Of a DNA stretch of 19,738 bases, positions 1 through 8,308 are shown in pieces. This DNA is from Phycisphaerae bacterium (lineage in GTDB: Bacteria; Planctomycetota; Phycisphaerae; UBA1845; Fen-1342): positions 1 through 19,738 of the forward strand of contig JASFQK010000059.1 in assembly GCA_050115495.1 (NCBI GenBank). The letters run 5' to 3'. The position numbers and the translations under genes are program-made. The notes beneath the pieces were generated by a model. It did not search any database. It was not told the DNA's origin and saw nothing but the letters and a program-made list of their open reading frames with translations. Within the stretch, counting starts at the first letter, position 1, and every line of letters starts with the position of its first letter.

Positions 1-125
1 GCGGACGCTGAATGGCGCGAAGCTTCTGCCGGACGTGATCGCCAGCGTCCGCTTCATCGACGGAGAAAAACCCGAGAAAGCCGCCGCCTGATCACGACGC
101 CATCAACGACTTTTGACAATAGCTC
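1..125 (+). mobile_element. Right end of an IS256-family insertion sequence (transposase C-terminus plus terminal inverted repeat)
   Basis: Frame +2 gives RTLNGAKLLPDVIASVRFIDGEKPEKAAA* (stop 89-91), resembling IS256-type transposase C-termini (WRRLNG...DVI.GV.F.DG). It is followed by ...CAACGACTTTTGACAATAGCTC ending at 125, an IS256-like terminus. The rest of the element lies outside the window. Confidence 0.75.
2..91 (+). CDS. IS256-family transposase, last 29 aa (partial)
   Basis: Translation as above; recognised from the recalled family motif only. Confidence 0.7.
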   Translation, partial: RTLNGAKLLPDVIASVRFIDGEKPEKAAA

Positions 126-731
126 CTTGCCGGCGCGGTAGATGACCAGCCACGGCCCGCCGCCCTCGACGCAGATCTTCTCGTGCGCGGACACCGCGGC
201 GATCAGCGCATCGTTGAACAGCCCGCGGACCACATCCTCGTTCGCCCCGCGCAGCAGGTAGCGCTTCGAAAACTCCGGGTGTTCGGCGAAGTCGACGTCC
301 TGAAAGCCGAACGCCGCCGCCAGCCTGTGCAGAACGTTCTCCGGGCGGAGCTCGAACTGCGGGAGCATGTGCCCCGGCAGGTAGAGAACGATCACCGTCT
401 GCCGGTGAACCTGTGTGCTCTGCCCGCCGCCGGTGGTGTACCTGTACTCGAAGATCCACTCCGGGGCATCCGCTCGGCGGCTCTGGAGCAGGTCGCGGGC
501 CTTGCGGCCGTAACCCTGCCGGAACAGGTGAAACGCCGTGAACTCCTGTTCGAGCACGCCCGGCGCGTCCGGCGCGACGTCGCAACCGAGGTCATCAGCC
601 AGCCGCAGCAAAGCCTCCCGCCGCAGTCGATTCTGCCGGAGAACCACCAGAACAAGGCCGACGATGAGCGCGACAACCACGACGGCGCCGACAACGACGA
701 ACAACGTGATGTCTTGGTCACCTGCGGGCAT
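54..731 (-). CDS. Single-pass membrane hypothetical protein with its C-terminus replaced by IS sequence (possible pseudogene)
   Basis: ATG 731 preferred over GTG 794. N-terminal hydrophobic helix (LFVVVGAVVVVALIVGLVLVVL) followed by basic residues and a soluble domain (FEYRYTTGGG, PQFELRPE, DVDFAEHPEFSKRYLLRG). The last 23 aa (ELLSKVVD...) are read from the IS end. Confidence 0.75.
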   Translation of the reverse strand: MPAGDQDITLFVVVGAVVVVALIVGLVLVVLRQNRLRREALLRLADDLGCDVAPDAPGVLEQEFTAFHLFRQGYGRKARDLLQSRRADAPEWIFEYRYTTGGGQSTQVHRQTVIVLYLPGHMLPQFELRPENVLHRLAAAFGFQDVDFAEHPEFSKRYLLRGANEDVVRGLFNDALIAAVSAHEKICVEGGGPWLVIYRAGKELLSKVVDGVVIRRRLSRVFLRR

Positions 732-817
732 GCCGATAGCGTAGTCCGCTGGCCGGGGTGAGACCAGCGACGCGGCGGTGAGCGGCGCGGGCACGGGCTA
801 ACCTACACATTGGGCGG

Positions 818-853
818 GCGGGGCAGCGGCCCTGAGAAAGGGCGCTGCCCCGC
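818..853 (-). terminator. GC-rich stem-loop downstream of the large secreted-protein gene
   Basis: GCGGGGCAGC-G-GCCCT/GAGAA/AGGGC-GCTGCCCCGC: 15-bp stem with one bulge. No U-tract, so it could be a stabilising hairpin instead. Confidence 0.4.
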
Positions 854-919
854 TGGAGGGGATACGCGGTGCCGCCATGAAGGAGGTCTCGGGACTGCGT
901 TACTGCCCCTGTCGCCGGG

Positions 920-3900
920 CTAGTGGCCGAGCAACAGGTCGACAAAGGGGCTGATGTCGAAGTTGTCCACAGAGCCGTCGCCGTTGATGTCGGCCAGGAC
1001 GAGACTGCAATCCGGATAGGCGGCGGCGTAGTCCTCCGGGTGCAGCAGAGCGAGCAGGAAAGCGCTGATGTCGAAGTTGTTGACCTGATCACTGCAATTC
1101 ACGTCGCCGGCGACGTAGGAACCGAACTCGTCGGCGCCCATGTCGACGATGGCGACGCCGTCGCCGTTGCCGTCCCACAGCCGGTACTGCCCGTCCATAT
1201 CCGTCGTCTGGTCGGGCTCCGGCATGAACGCCGGGTCGCTGGCGTCGACGCAGGGTGAGCCTGAACCAAGGTGATAGTCGTCATTGCCAGGATCGGTGAA
1301 GAACGGATCCTGGTCGATGTTGCCGGTCCCTGCCCAGCCGCCGCAGATGTCGCTGTATGCGACGGTGACCGTTGACCCGTCCAGATTTGCGATCTCGTCG
1401 TCGTTGTTGCCCCAGAAGATGCAATTCACAATGCCAACAGTGCTTGGAGCGCCGGAGGACTGGCAACTCAGGCCAGCTCCTCGACCTGCGGTATTATCGG
1501 ACAGCGTGCAGTTGATCAGTTGCAGGTCACCGGCCTCGGTGGTCACCCCGCCGCCGTCCCACGCCTCGCCGGCCGTGTTATCGTAGAGCTCGCAGTTCAC
1601 GGCTACCACATCGGAATTAACGACTTGCAGCCCACCGCCCCAGTCCGCCGCCGTGTTCTTCGAGATCGTGCAATTGACCAACAAGGCGGGAATCGCGTAG
1701 CCGTGGGCGCCCCAGATGCTGAGGCCACCGCCGTAGTCTGCTGTGGCTTGGTTGCCCGTGATAGTGCAGTTGACATAGGTCGGGACTCCGCCCGCACCAC
1801 CCTGGCCGCCGCCCATTTCGGCCGTGTTGTCCCTGATCACACAATCGATGAAGGTTGGGAAGCCGTCTTCGAGCGCGATCCCTCCACCGTCCACGGCTTG
1901 GTTCTCCGCGATGGTGCAGTTGCTGACGTCTATATAGCCGCGCACAATCATCCCACCACCATACCCGCTCGAATCGATGGTCTCGTTGCCGGTAATGGTG
2001 CAGTTCGTGATGCGTGCGGCGGGTTCGAAGTCAGGGTTGTAATTGGTGCGATTCTCGCGAAGACACATGCCGCCGCCCTGTTCGCCTGTTCTGTTCATGG
2101 TGATTGTGCAGTTTTCAACGAGGAGCCGCAATTCCCCCGGTGGAAACGGAGTGCCGCGCGAGTCGTACCAGTAGAGGGCTCCGCCTCCCGACTCAGCATG
2201 GCAGTTCGTCATGATGCAGTTGGTGATCGTCGCGGAGCTGTCCAGGAAGAAGAAGGCGCCACCGACGGCATAAATGTCGCTGGTTGCGTAGCCGTTCGTG
2301 ATGGTGAAGCCATCCACGACCGATGTCAGTGTCTCGTCGGTGTAGAAGAAGTAGAAGCCGCGGTGGGGGGCTTCGGCGCTGCCCTGGCAGTCGATGATGC
2401 AGGCCTCGGGATTGCCGCTTTCGGAGCGAAGGGTGATCGCCTTACCGTCGAAAGTCAGATCGCGGTTGCCGTCGCCCGTGTACGTGCCGTCGGCGACGAT
2501 GATCTCGTCGTAATCCAGCGCCGCATCGATTGCCGCCTGGATCGTCGCGTACTCGCTGGGCACATGAAGCAGCCTGCACACCACATCCAGCGTGACGAGC
2601 ACCTCACGCGGGGAATTCCCCGCCTGCGGGTCGGCAACCTCCAGCAGGGCCGTGTACCGGCCAATGTCCAGACCGCTGACGTCCACGCTGAGCGTGACCT
2701 CGTCCACCTCCCCGTTCGAGTCGCCGCTCGACGGCTGGACCGTCAACCACGCTGGCTGGCCGGTGATCTCCCAACTCAGGGTACCGCCCCCGCAGTTGCG
2801 GACGCCGAGAGTCTGATCGGATGGGTTACCCTGCCCGTATATAGCGTCGAAGTCCAGCTCGACCGGGCTCAACGCGATCGAGGACGCGGCGAGGTTGAAC
2901 TCGTAGGCACCCATGTCGGTGACCGCGACGGTGTCCCCGTCGCCGTCCAGCGGACGCGGGTTGCCGTCCGAATCTTCCGCCGGCAGCCCCCCGGGAGGGG
3001 TGTCGGTGCCCGTGTCGATGCACGGTGAGCCGGACAGCAGATGCAGGTCGTCGGAGAAGGCAAACAGCGGATCGGCGTCGATGTTCCCAGTGCCGGTGTA
3101 GCCGCCCTCCACATTGCAGTACGTCACGACGGCGTCGCAACCGCTGGTGAAGTCTAACTCTGGGAAATTAACCGGTGATATATCGCCCCAGAAAACGCAG
3201 TTGGTTAGCGTTGGGCTGCCGTCGGTGCCCCTCATACCGCAGCCGTAGAACGCCGTATTCCCGGTGAACGTGCAGTTGGTGAGCGTCGGGCTGCCGCCGT
3301 AGGAGATGCCGACACCGCCCGCCGTGCCGCCGCCCGTATTCCCGATGATCGTGCAGTTGGTGATCATCGGGCTGGCGTCGCGGCAGTAGACGCCGCCGCC
3401 GTGAGCCGCGAAATTTCCGCTGATCGTGCAGTTAGTGATCGACGAGCTGGAGTTGCGGCACTGGACGCCGCCGCCAGAAGCGGAGCCGTCGGCGGTATTC
3501 CCGGTGATGATGCAGTTGGTCAGCGTTGGGCTGCTGGCGTAGCAGAAGACGCCGGCACCACCGACGCCGTCGTCGACGTACCCGTTCGTGATCGTCAGGC
3601 CCTCGACGACCGAGTCCGCGCCTTCACCCGAGTGGAAGTAGAAGCCGCGGCCGGCGCCTTCACAGTCAATGATGCACAGGGCCGGGTTGCCGGAGGCGCT
3701 GCGCACTGTGATCGCCTTGCCGGCGAAGCCCAGGTTCTTGTTTCCGGTTCCGGTGTACGTGCCGTCGGCGATGACGACCTCATCGCCATGAGTGGCTGCA
3801 TCGATCGCGGCCTGAATCGTGGCGTAGTCGGCTGGCACGTGCAGCGTATCGGCGTGCAGTACCATCGGCCCACCCAGCGCGAGCGCGAGCAGCGGCACGA

Positions 3901-3937
3901 CGAGCGTGAGACACTTGTTCGTTGAACCAGCTTTCAT
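920..3937 (-). CDS. Secreted right-handed parallel beta-helix repeat protein (two pectin-lyase-fold modules, BACON-like linker, C-terminal dockerin-like domain), ~1005 aa
   Basis: ATG 3937 with GGAGG RBS and signal peptide (MKAGSTNKCLTLVVPLLALALGGPMVLHA). Two modules start HVP..Y.TIQAAIDAA and end GNID.DP.F...HL.SGSPC.D...DMGA.EF. Many GGG/NCTI.GN repeats. RNCGGGTLSWEITGQPAWLTVQPSSG is BACON-like. GDVNCSDQVNNFDISAF...ADINGDGSVDNFDISPF is dockerin/EF-hand-like. Confidence 0.9.
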   Translation of the reverse strand: MKAGSTNKCLTLVVPLLALALGGPMVLHADTLHVPADYATIQAAIDAATHGDEVVIADGTYTGTGNKNLGFAGKAITVRSASGNPALCIIDCEGAGRGFYFHSGEGADSVVEGLTITNGYVDDGVGGAGVFCYASSPTLTNCIITGNTADGSASGGGVQCRNSSSSITNCTISGNFAAHGGGVYCRDASPMITNCTIIGNTGGGTAGGVGISYGGSPTLTNCTFTGNTAFYGCGMRGTDGSPTLTNCVFWGDISPVNFPELDFTSGCDAVVTYCNVEGGYTGTGNIDADPLFAFSDDLHLLSGSPCIDTGTDTPPGGLPAEDSDGNPRPLDGDGDTVAVTDMGAYEFNLAASSIALSPVELDFDAIYGQGNPSDQTLGVRNCGGGTLSWEITGQPAWLTVQPSSGDSNGEVDEVTLSVDVSGLDIGRYTALLEVADPQAGNSPREVLVTLDVVCRLLHVPSEYATIQAAIDAALDYDEIIVADGTYTGDGNRDLTFDGKAITLRSESGNPEACIIDCQGSAEAPHRGFYFFYTDETLTSVVDGFTITNGYATSDIYAVGGAFFFLDSSATITNCIMTNCHAESGGGALYWYDSRGTPFPPGELRLLVENCTITMNRTGEQGGGMCLRENRTNYNPDFEPAARITNCTITGNETIDSSGYGGGMIVRGYIDVSNCTIAENQAVDGGGIALEDGFPTFIDCVIRDNTAEMGGGQGGAGGVPTYVNCTITGNQATADYGGGLSIWGAHGYAIPALLVNCTISKNTAADWGGGLQVVNSDVVAVNCELYDNTAGEAWDGGGVTTEAGDLQLINCTLSDNTAGRGAGLSCQSSGAPSTVGIVNCIFWGNNDDEIANLDGSTVTVAYSDICGGWAGTGNIDQDPFFTDPGNDDYHLGSGSPCVDASDPAFMPEPDQTTDMDGQYRLWDGNGDGVAIVDMGADEFGSYVAGDVNCSDQVNNFDISAFLLALLHPEDYAAAYPDCSLVLADINGDGSVDNFDISPFVDLLLGH

Positions 3938-4043
3938 TGCGGCGTCCTCCTGTCCTCGCTGTTGAAGAGAAACCCTCGAATACACGCAAAACAGCTCGGT
4001 GAGCCGGCCAATCACGTTTTCTCGTAGAAGCGAGGCTGCATTC

Positions 4044-4072
4044 AACCTATCTTAACGGTCTGAGTATGTCAA
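4044..4072 (-). promoter_or_regulatory. Sigma70-type promoter for the secreted-protein gene
   Basis: Minus strand TTGACA (4072-4067), 17-bp spacer, TAGGTT (4049-4044). Confidence 0.65.
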
Positions 4073-4088
4073 GAGTATTCTCTGAGCA

Positions 4089-4121
4089 ACTGCTAGATTA
4101 CTGCTTAGCCATCGCTAGAGA
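4089..4121. promoter_or_regulatory. Three imperfect 11-bp direct repeats, putative operator
   Basis: ACTGCTAGATT / ACTGCTTAGCC / ATCGCTAGAGA in tandem between the two divergent -35 boxes. Confidence 0.45.
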
Positions 4122-4123
4122 TA

Positions 4124-4152
4124 TTGACAGCCGCCCCGAGGCTCGCTAGCAT
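4124..4152 (+). promoter_or_regulatory. Sigma70-type promoter giving a probable leaderless transcript
   Basis: TTGACA (4124-4129), 17 bp, TAGCAT (4147-4152). The GTG start at 4159 sits at the expected +1, with no SD. Confidence 0.7.
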
Positions 4153-4158
4153 GCGCTG

Positions 4159-5403
4159 GTGATGAAGTCCGAAATCAGTCAAATCGAAGGAGCACCTACC
4201 CGGATCATTGAGGCCAAGATCGACCGCGTCATGAGGGGATTGGCTGAGTCATTATCGGGCGTTCTTCGCGGCCTGCCGGGCAATCCACGGCGTCCGCAGG
4301 CGTTGGCCGAGTTCCTCGACCTGAACAAATCGCTCTCAAGCCGCCTGTGCCGGGCGGTACGGGTTCCCGACCCGTTTGCTGCGGCGCATCTGATGCCGGG
4401 ACCGGAAGCGCTGCGCATGTTGCTGCGGGCCGCGGCAGGGAAGGGCGTCGGGCGGTCGACCATCGTCGCGGCCGAGAAGGCCGTTTCGGCCTTCGAGCAG
4501 CTCATCGAGCACGACGTTGGAAGCCGTGACGGCCTGGAGGCGGTGATCAGTGAGAGCCTGCCGGACGCCCGGAGGAAGTTCGAGCTGGCCAATAAGCAGG
4601 CGATGTTCAAAGCCGCTGCGAACCTCAAGGGCATGATGGCCGAGGTCTACTGGGTTACGTTCCTGGCGCACCCGGGTAAGGACGCCGAGCGCCACGATGT
4701 CGCCGGGCTCTCCGGGTTGCGAGGACTTCGCCGCGTGCGGCCCGGCGCAGCCGTGTTGGTCACCAATCGGGTTATGGCAACAGACTTGGGGGATGAAGCC
4801 TATCTCACGCTTGACGGCGGGCGGATCGATGGTATCGACGGGCTCTTGCTGAAACCGTATTGCTCTTCACCACTACCCGAGTTGGACGCCAAGCAGAAGG
4901 GGAGCTGCTTGTACTACCGCCTCGCGGACCCGGGCTATGGACCCAATTCAGCGGTTGATCTTACGTTTGCTGAACTGTGTCGGCGGAGCATTCACCGGTA
5001 TCGCCCTGCGCAAGGGAAGCGAATATCAGGCACCTGGGCCGAGGTGGAGCACCCGGTGAAGACGTTGGTATTCGATTTCCTGCTGCACCAGGATGTCTGG
5101 CCTGGCTGCGAGCCGGAGCTGCGCATCTACGACACCATCGTGCGCGGTACGGCGGAACCGGAAAACCCCGAACGCGACATAGATCTGTTGGAGCTGGATG
5201 AGTCGATCGAGTTACTGGGCCGCACGGCAGCCAAGTTCCGCGCGGTCGAAATTCCCAATTACCTCGATATGCTTCGTCACGCCTGCGGCAGGCTGGGTTG
5301 GGACGTGGAGCAGTTTCGCGGCTACCGTTGCCGCATCCAGTATCCTTTCTACGGCTCCCAGGTGTGTATGGCGTTCAACCTGCCCGAGTCGCCGCCAAGT
5401 TGA
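4159..5403 (+). CDS. Hypothetical 414-aa protein, probable transcription regulator with N-terminal HTH-like segment
   Basis: Long ORF with its own promoter. PQALAEFLDLNKSLSSRLCRA has an HTH-like pattern; no signal peptide or TM helix; divergent arrangement. C-terminal domain not recognised. Confidence 0.75.
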   Translation: MMKSEISQIEGAPTRIIEAKIDRVMRGLAESLSGVLRGLPGNPRRPQALAEFLDLNKSLSSRLCRAVRVPDPFAAAHLMPGPEALRMLLRAAAGKGVGRSTIVAAEKAVSAFEQLIEHDVGSRDGLEAVISESLPDARRKFELANKQAMFKAAANLKGMMAEVYWVTFLAHPGKDAERHDVAGLSGLRGLRRVRPGAAVLVTNRVMATDLGDEAYLTLDGGRIDGIDGLLLKPYCSSPLPELDAKQKGSCLYYRLADPGYGPNSAVDLTFAELCRRSIHRYRPAQGKRISGTWAEVEHPVKTLVFDFLLHQDVWPGCEPELRIYDTIVRGTAEPENPERDIDLLELDESIELLGRTAAKFRAVEIPNYLDMLRHACGRLGWDVEQFRGYRCRIQYPFYGSQVCMAFNLPESPPS

Positions 5404-5455
5404 GCCGGGCAGGGCTCTGGTGACGTAAGAGAAGGGATTGTGCTTCGGGAATCGA

Positions 5456-5491
5456 CGACCAACATCCCGGCGCGCCGGGATCGGCCGCTAC
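5456..5491 (-). repeat. GTAG-type REP-like hairpin between convergent genes
   Basis: Minus strand GTAGCGGCCG followed by the perfect palindrome ATCCCGGCGCGCCGGGAT (5464-5481). Its first 10 nt match the repeats at 13284 and 16408. Confidence 0.55.
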
Positions 5492-5511
5492 AGGGTGACC
5501 GGACGCCTGCT

Positions 5512-7308
5512 CTAGTCTTCCGGCTCCAGCACCGTCATGAACGCCTTCTGCGGAATGTCAACGCGGCCGATCGTCTTCATGCGCTTCTTGCCCGCCTTCT
5601 GCTTCTCCAGCAGCTTGCGCTTGCGCGTCACGTCGCCACCGTAACACTTCGCCGTCACATCCTTCCGGAACGGCTTGATCGTCTCGGCCGCGATGATCTT
5701 GTGCCCGATCGCCGCCTGGAGCCGAATCTCGAACTGCTGCCGGCCGATCTCCCGGCGGAGGCGAATCAGGAAACGCCGCCCACGGTTTTCGGCCTTCGTC
5801 CGGTGGCAGATCAGGCTGAGCGCGTCGACCGCGGTCGTGTTCACCAGGATGTCCAGCTTGACCAGATCGGACGCGCGATAGCCGGTGACGTGATAGTCCA
5901 TCGTCCCGTAGCCGCGCGTGACGCTCTTCAACTTGTCGTAGAAGTCGTACAGAATCTCGTTGAACGGAAACGCGTACGTCAGCATCACGCGCTGCGGCGA
6001 CAGATACTCCGTCCGCTTGTATTCACCCCGCCGGCTCTCGGCGAGCTGCATGATGTTCCCGATGCACTCCGCCGGCGTGATGATCTGCATCTCGATGATC
6101 GGCTCGCGCAGCTCCTCGATGTGGCTGGCGTCCGGCAGATCGCCGGCCGACTCGACCCGCAGCACCTCACCGCTCCGCAGCAGCACCTCGTACGTCACGC
6201 TCGGCGCCGTCTGCACGACGGCCACGCCGCACTCCCGCTCCACACGCTCCTGGATGATGTCCATGTGCAGCAGACCCAGGAACCCGCAACGGTACCCCGG
6301 CCCGAGCGCGTCCGAATGCTGCGGGCTGAACGAGAACGATGAATCGTTCAGGCTGAGCCGCTCCAGCGCCTCGCGCAGGTTGTCATAATTTTCCCCGCTC
6401 GCCGGATAGAAATCGCAGAACACCATCAGCGCCGGCGGCTTATAGCCCGGCAGCGGCTTGTCCGCCGGGTGCACGGCGTCGGTGATCGTGTCGCCGACGG
6501 TCACGTCCTTCAGCGCCTTGATGCTGGCCACCATGTAGCCCGTCTCGCCGGCGGTGAGCTCCGGACAGGCGGTCATCTTCGGACGGAACTTGCCGAGCTC
6601 GGTGATCAGGTACTGGCGTCCCCGGCCCATAAGCAGGATCTTCTGCCCCTTGCGAATCGTGCCCTGCACGACACGGACATAGCAGATCACACCGCGATAG
6701 TCGTTGTACTCCGAGTCGAAGATGAGCGCCTGGAGCGGCGCCGCCGGATCGCCCGTCGGCGCCGGCAGGTGATCGACGACGGCCTGCACCAGCTCCGCGA
6801 CGCCGTCGCCCGTCTTGGCCGACACGAACTGCACGTTCTCGGCGGAGATGCCCAGCACGTTCTCGATCTCTAGCGCAGCATCTTCAGGGCTGGCCCCGGG
6901 CAGGTCGATCTTGTTGACCACGGGGATGATTTCGAGGTTGTTCTCGACGGCGGCGTAGGCGTTGGCCACCGTCTGAGCCTGCACACCCTGTGTGGCATCG
7001 ACTACGAGCAGCGCCCCGTCGCATGCCGCCAGGGCCCGGTCGACCTCGTAGTGGAAGTCGACATGCCCGGGCGTGTCGATCAGGTTGAACATGTACGCCT
7101 GATCGCCGACCGGCATCTCCAGCGTGACGGCCGAGGCCTTGATCGTGATGCCTCGCTCGCGCTCGAGATCCATATCGTCCAGGATCTGGTCGCGCAGCTC
7201 GCGCTCGGAAATGGCGCCGGAGCGCTGCAACAGCCGATCGGCCAACGTGCTCTTGCCGTGGTCGATGTGGGCGATGATCGAAAAGTTGCGCAGGTACTTC
7301 TGTTCCAT
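5512..7308 (-). CDS. lepA: Translation elongation factor 4 (LepA), 598 aa
   Basis: RNFSIIAHIDHGKSTLADRLL, ERERGITIK, NLIDTPGHVDF, NKID, GFLGLLHMDI, KDVTAKCYGGDVTRKRKLLEKQKAGKKRMK. ATG 7308. Confidence 0.98.
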   Translation of the reverse strand: MEQKYLRNFSIIAHIDHGKSTLADRLLQRSGAISERELRDQILDDMDLERERGITIKASAVTLEMPVGDQAYMFNLIDTPGHVDFHYEVDRALAACDGALLVVDATQGVQAQTVANAYAAVENNLEIIPVVNKIDLPGASPEDAALEIENVLGISAENVQFVSAKTGDGVAELVQAVVDHLPAPTGDPAAPLQALIFDSEYNDYRGVICYVRVVQGTIRKGQKILLMGRGRQYLITELGKFRPKMTACPELTAGETGYMVASIKALKDVTVGDTITDAVHPADKPLPGYKPPALMVFCDFYPASGENYDNLREALERLSLNDSSFSFSPQHSDALGPGYRCGFLGLLHMDIIQERVERECGVAVVQTAPSVTYEVLLRSGEVLRVESAGDLPDASHIEELREPIIEMQIITPAECIGNIMQLAESRRGEYKRTEYLSPQRVMLTYAFPFNEILYDFYDKLKSVTRGYGTMDYHVTGYRASDLVKLDILVNTTAVDALSLICHRTKAENRGRRFLIRLRREIGRQQFEIRLQAAIGHKIIAAETIKPFRKDVTAKCYGGDVTRKRKLLEKQKAGKKRMKTIGRVDIPQKAFMTVLEPED

Positions 7309-7345
7309 ACCACCATATCCAGGAGCCCGTCCCCGGGAGCCCGGC

Positions 7346-7354
7346 ATTATAGCA
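7346..7354 (-). promoter_or_regulatory. Extended -10 promoter of lepA
   Basis: Minus strand TGcTATAAT, a perfect extended -10 about 38 nt upstream of the ATG. Confidence 0.7.
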
Positions 7355-7418
7355 CGCCCGCGACGCCGATCACGCCCGCGCCGCCACGTCCGAATAGTGG
7401 TCCGCCGGGGCGGTGCGG

Positions 7419-7427
7419 TGGTACGAT
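7419..7427 (+). promoter_or_regulatory. Extended -10 promoter of pcm (probably leaderless)
   Basis: TGgTACGAT ending 7 nt before ATG 7435; no SD. Confidence 0.6.
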
Positions 7428-7434
7428 CTGCAAC

Positions 7435-8097
7435 ATGCAGGCCGGCGGCGAGCACGATGAGCGGGCGACGGAGCGCGAGCGCATGGTGCGCGAGCAGCTC
7501 GAACGGCGAGGGATTCGTTCGACCGCCGTGCTCGAAGCGATGCGCCGCATCCCGCGCGAGCGGTTCGTTCTCGCCTCCTACGACGCCGAGGCCTACGCCG
7601 ACTCGGCGCTGGCCGTCGCCTGCGGCCAGACGATTTCGCAGCCGTACATGGTGGCCCGCATGACGGAGCTGCTGACCCTGAAGCCGGCCGACCGCGTGCT
7701 CGAAATCGGCACGGGCACCGGCTACCAGGCGGCGGTGCTGGCTCTGCTCGCCCGCCACGTGTACACGATCGAACGGCACGAGCCGCTCATGCGCGAGGCC
7801 CAGCAGCGTCTGGCCGACCTCGGCCTGACCAACGTGAGCTACCACTGCGGCGACGGCTCCGTCGGGTGGCCGGACGAAACCCCCTTCGACGCCATCATGG
7901 TCACCGCCGGCGCCCCGCAAATTCCAGATCCGCTTTGTGGGCAATTGGCCGATGGCGGCCGGCTCGTCGTGCCCGTCGGCGGACAGACGGAACAAACGCT
8001 CACACTCGTTCGGCGAATGGGTGCAGAACTGTTACAGCAGGAACACCTCCGCTGCCGGTTCGTCCGGCTCATCGGTCAGGCAGGATGGACGTCGTGA
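7435..8097 (+). CDS. pcm: Protein-L-isoaspartate O-methyltransferase, 220 aa
   Basis: RERMVREQL, IPRERFV, AYADSAL, GQTISQPYMVARM, VLEIGTGTGYQAAVLA, GDGSVGWP...PFDAIMVTAGA, QLADGGRLVVPVG, RFVRLIG. Confidence 0.96.
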   Translation: MQAGGEHDERATERERMVREQLERRGIRSTAVLEAMRRIPRERFVLASYDAEAYADSALAVACGQTISQPYMVARMTELLTLKPADRVLEIGTGTGYQAAVLALLARHVYTIERHEPLMREAQQRLADLGLTNVSYHCGDGSVGWPDETPFDAIMVTAGAPQIPDPLCGQLADGGRLVVPVGGQTEQTLTLVRRMGAELLQQEHLRCRFVRLIGQAGWTS

Positions 8098-8107
8098 GCG
8101 GTTTCGG

Positions 8108-8308
8108 CTGCGCGAAACTCCGCAGTACCGGCGGCCAACAAGCCCGACTACCCGTCCCGGCGCATAAATCTGCGAGATTTTCCTCAACAGGTGACGGCCT
8201 CGGGGCCGGTCGAACCGAGGTCGATCGGCGTAAGTGTTTATCGGAAAGCCAGTTAAAGAAAACACCCGCCAACACGTGCCGGCCACGAAACCCGGCACGC
8301 CGTGTGCT
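8108..8308 (+). promoter_or_regulatory. Putative sigma54 promoter with upstream activator sites for the ior operon
   Basis: CGGCACGccgtGTGCT (8293-8308; GG-N10-GC). TGCG-N8-CGCA (8109-8124) and TGCG-N8-CTCA (8171-8186). AT-rich tract at 8231-8265. Confidence 0.6.

Noticed and set aside
1520..3028. 502-aa plus-strand ORF
   Set aside because: Antisense shadow of the beta-helix gene.
920..3937. Possible diversity-generating retroelement target (Asn-rich repeats)
   Set aside because: No reverse transcriptase and no near-identical TR/VR pair differing only at adenines was seen.
7051..7995. Apparent 229-aa N-terminal extension of LepA and 128-aa extension of Pcm (overlapping genes)
   Set aside because: Each extension is the antisense read of the other gene; family starts and promoters lie at 7308 and 7435.
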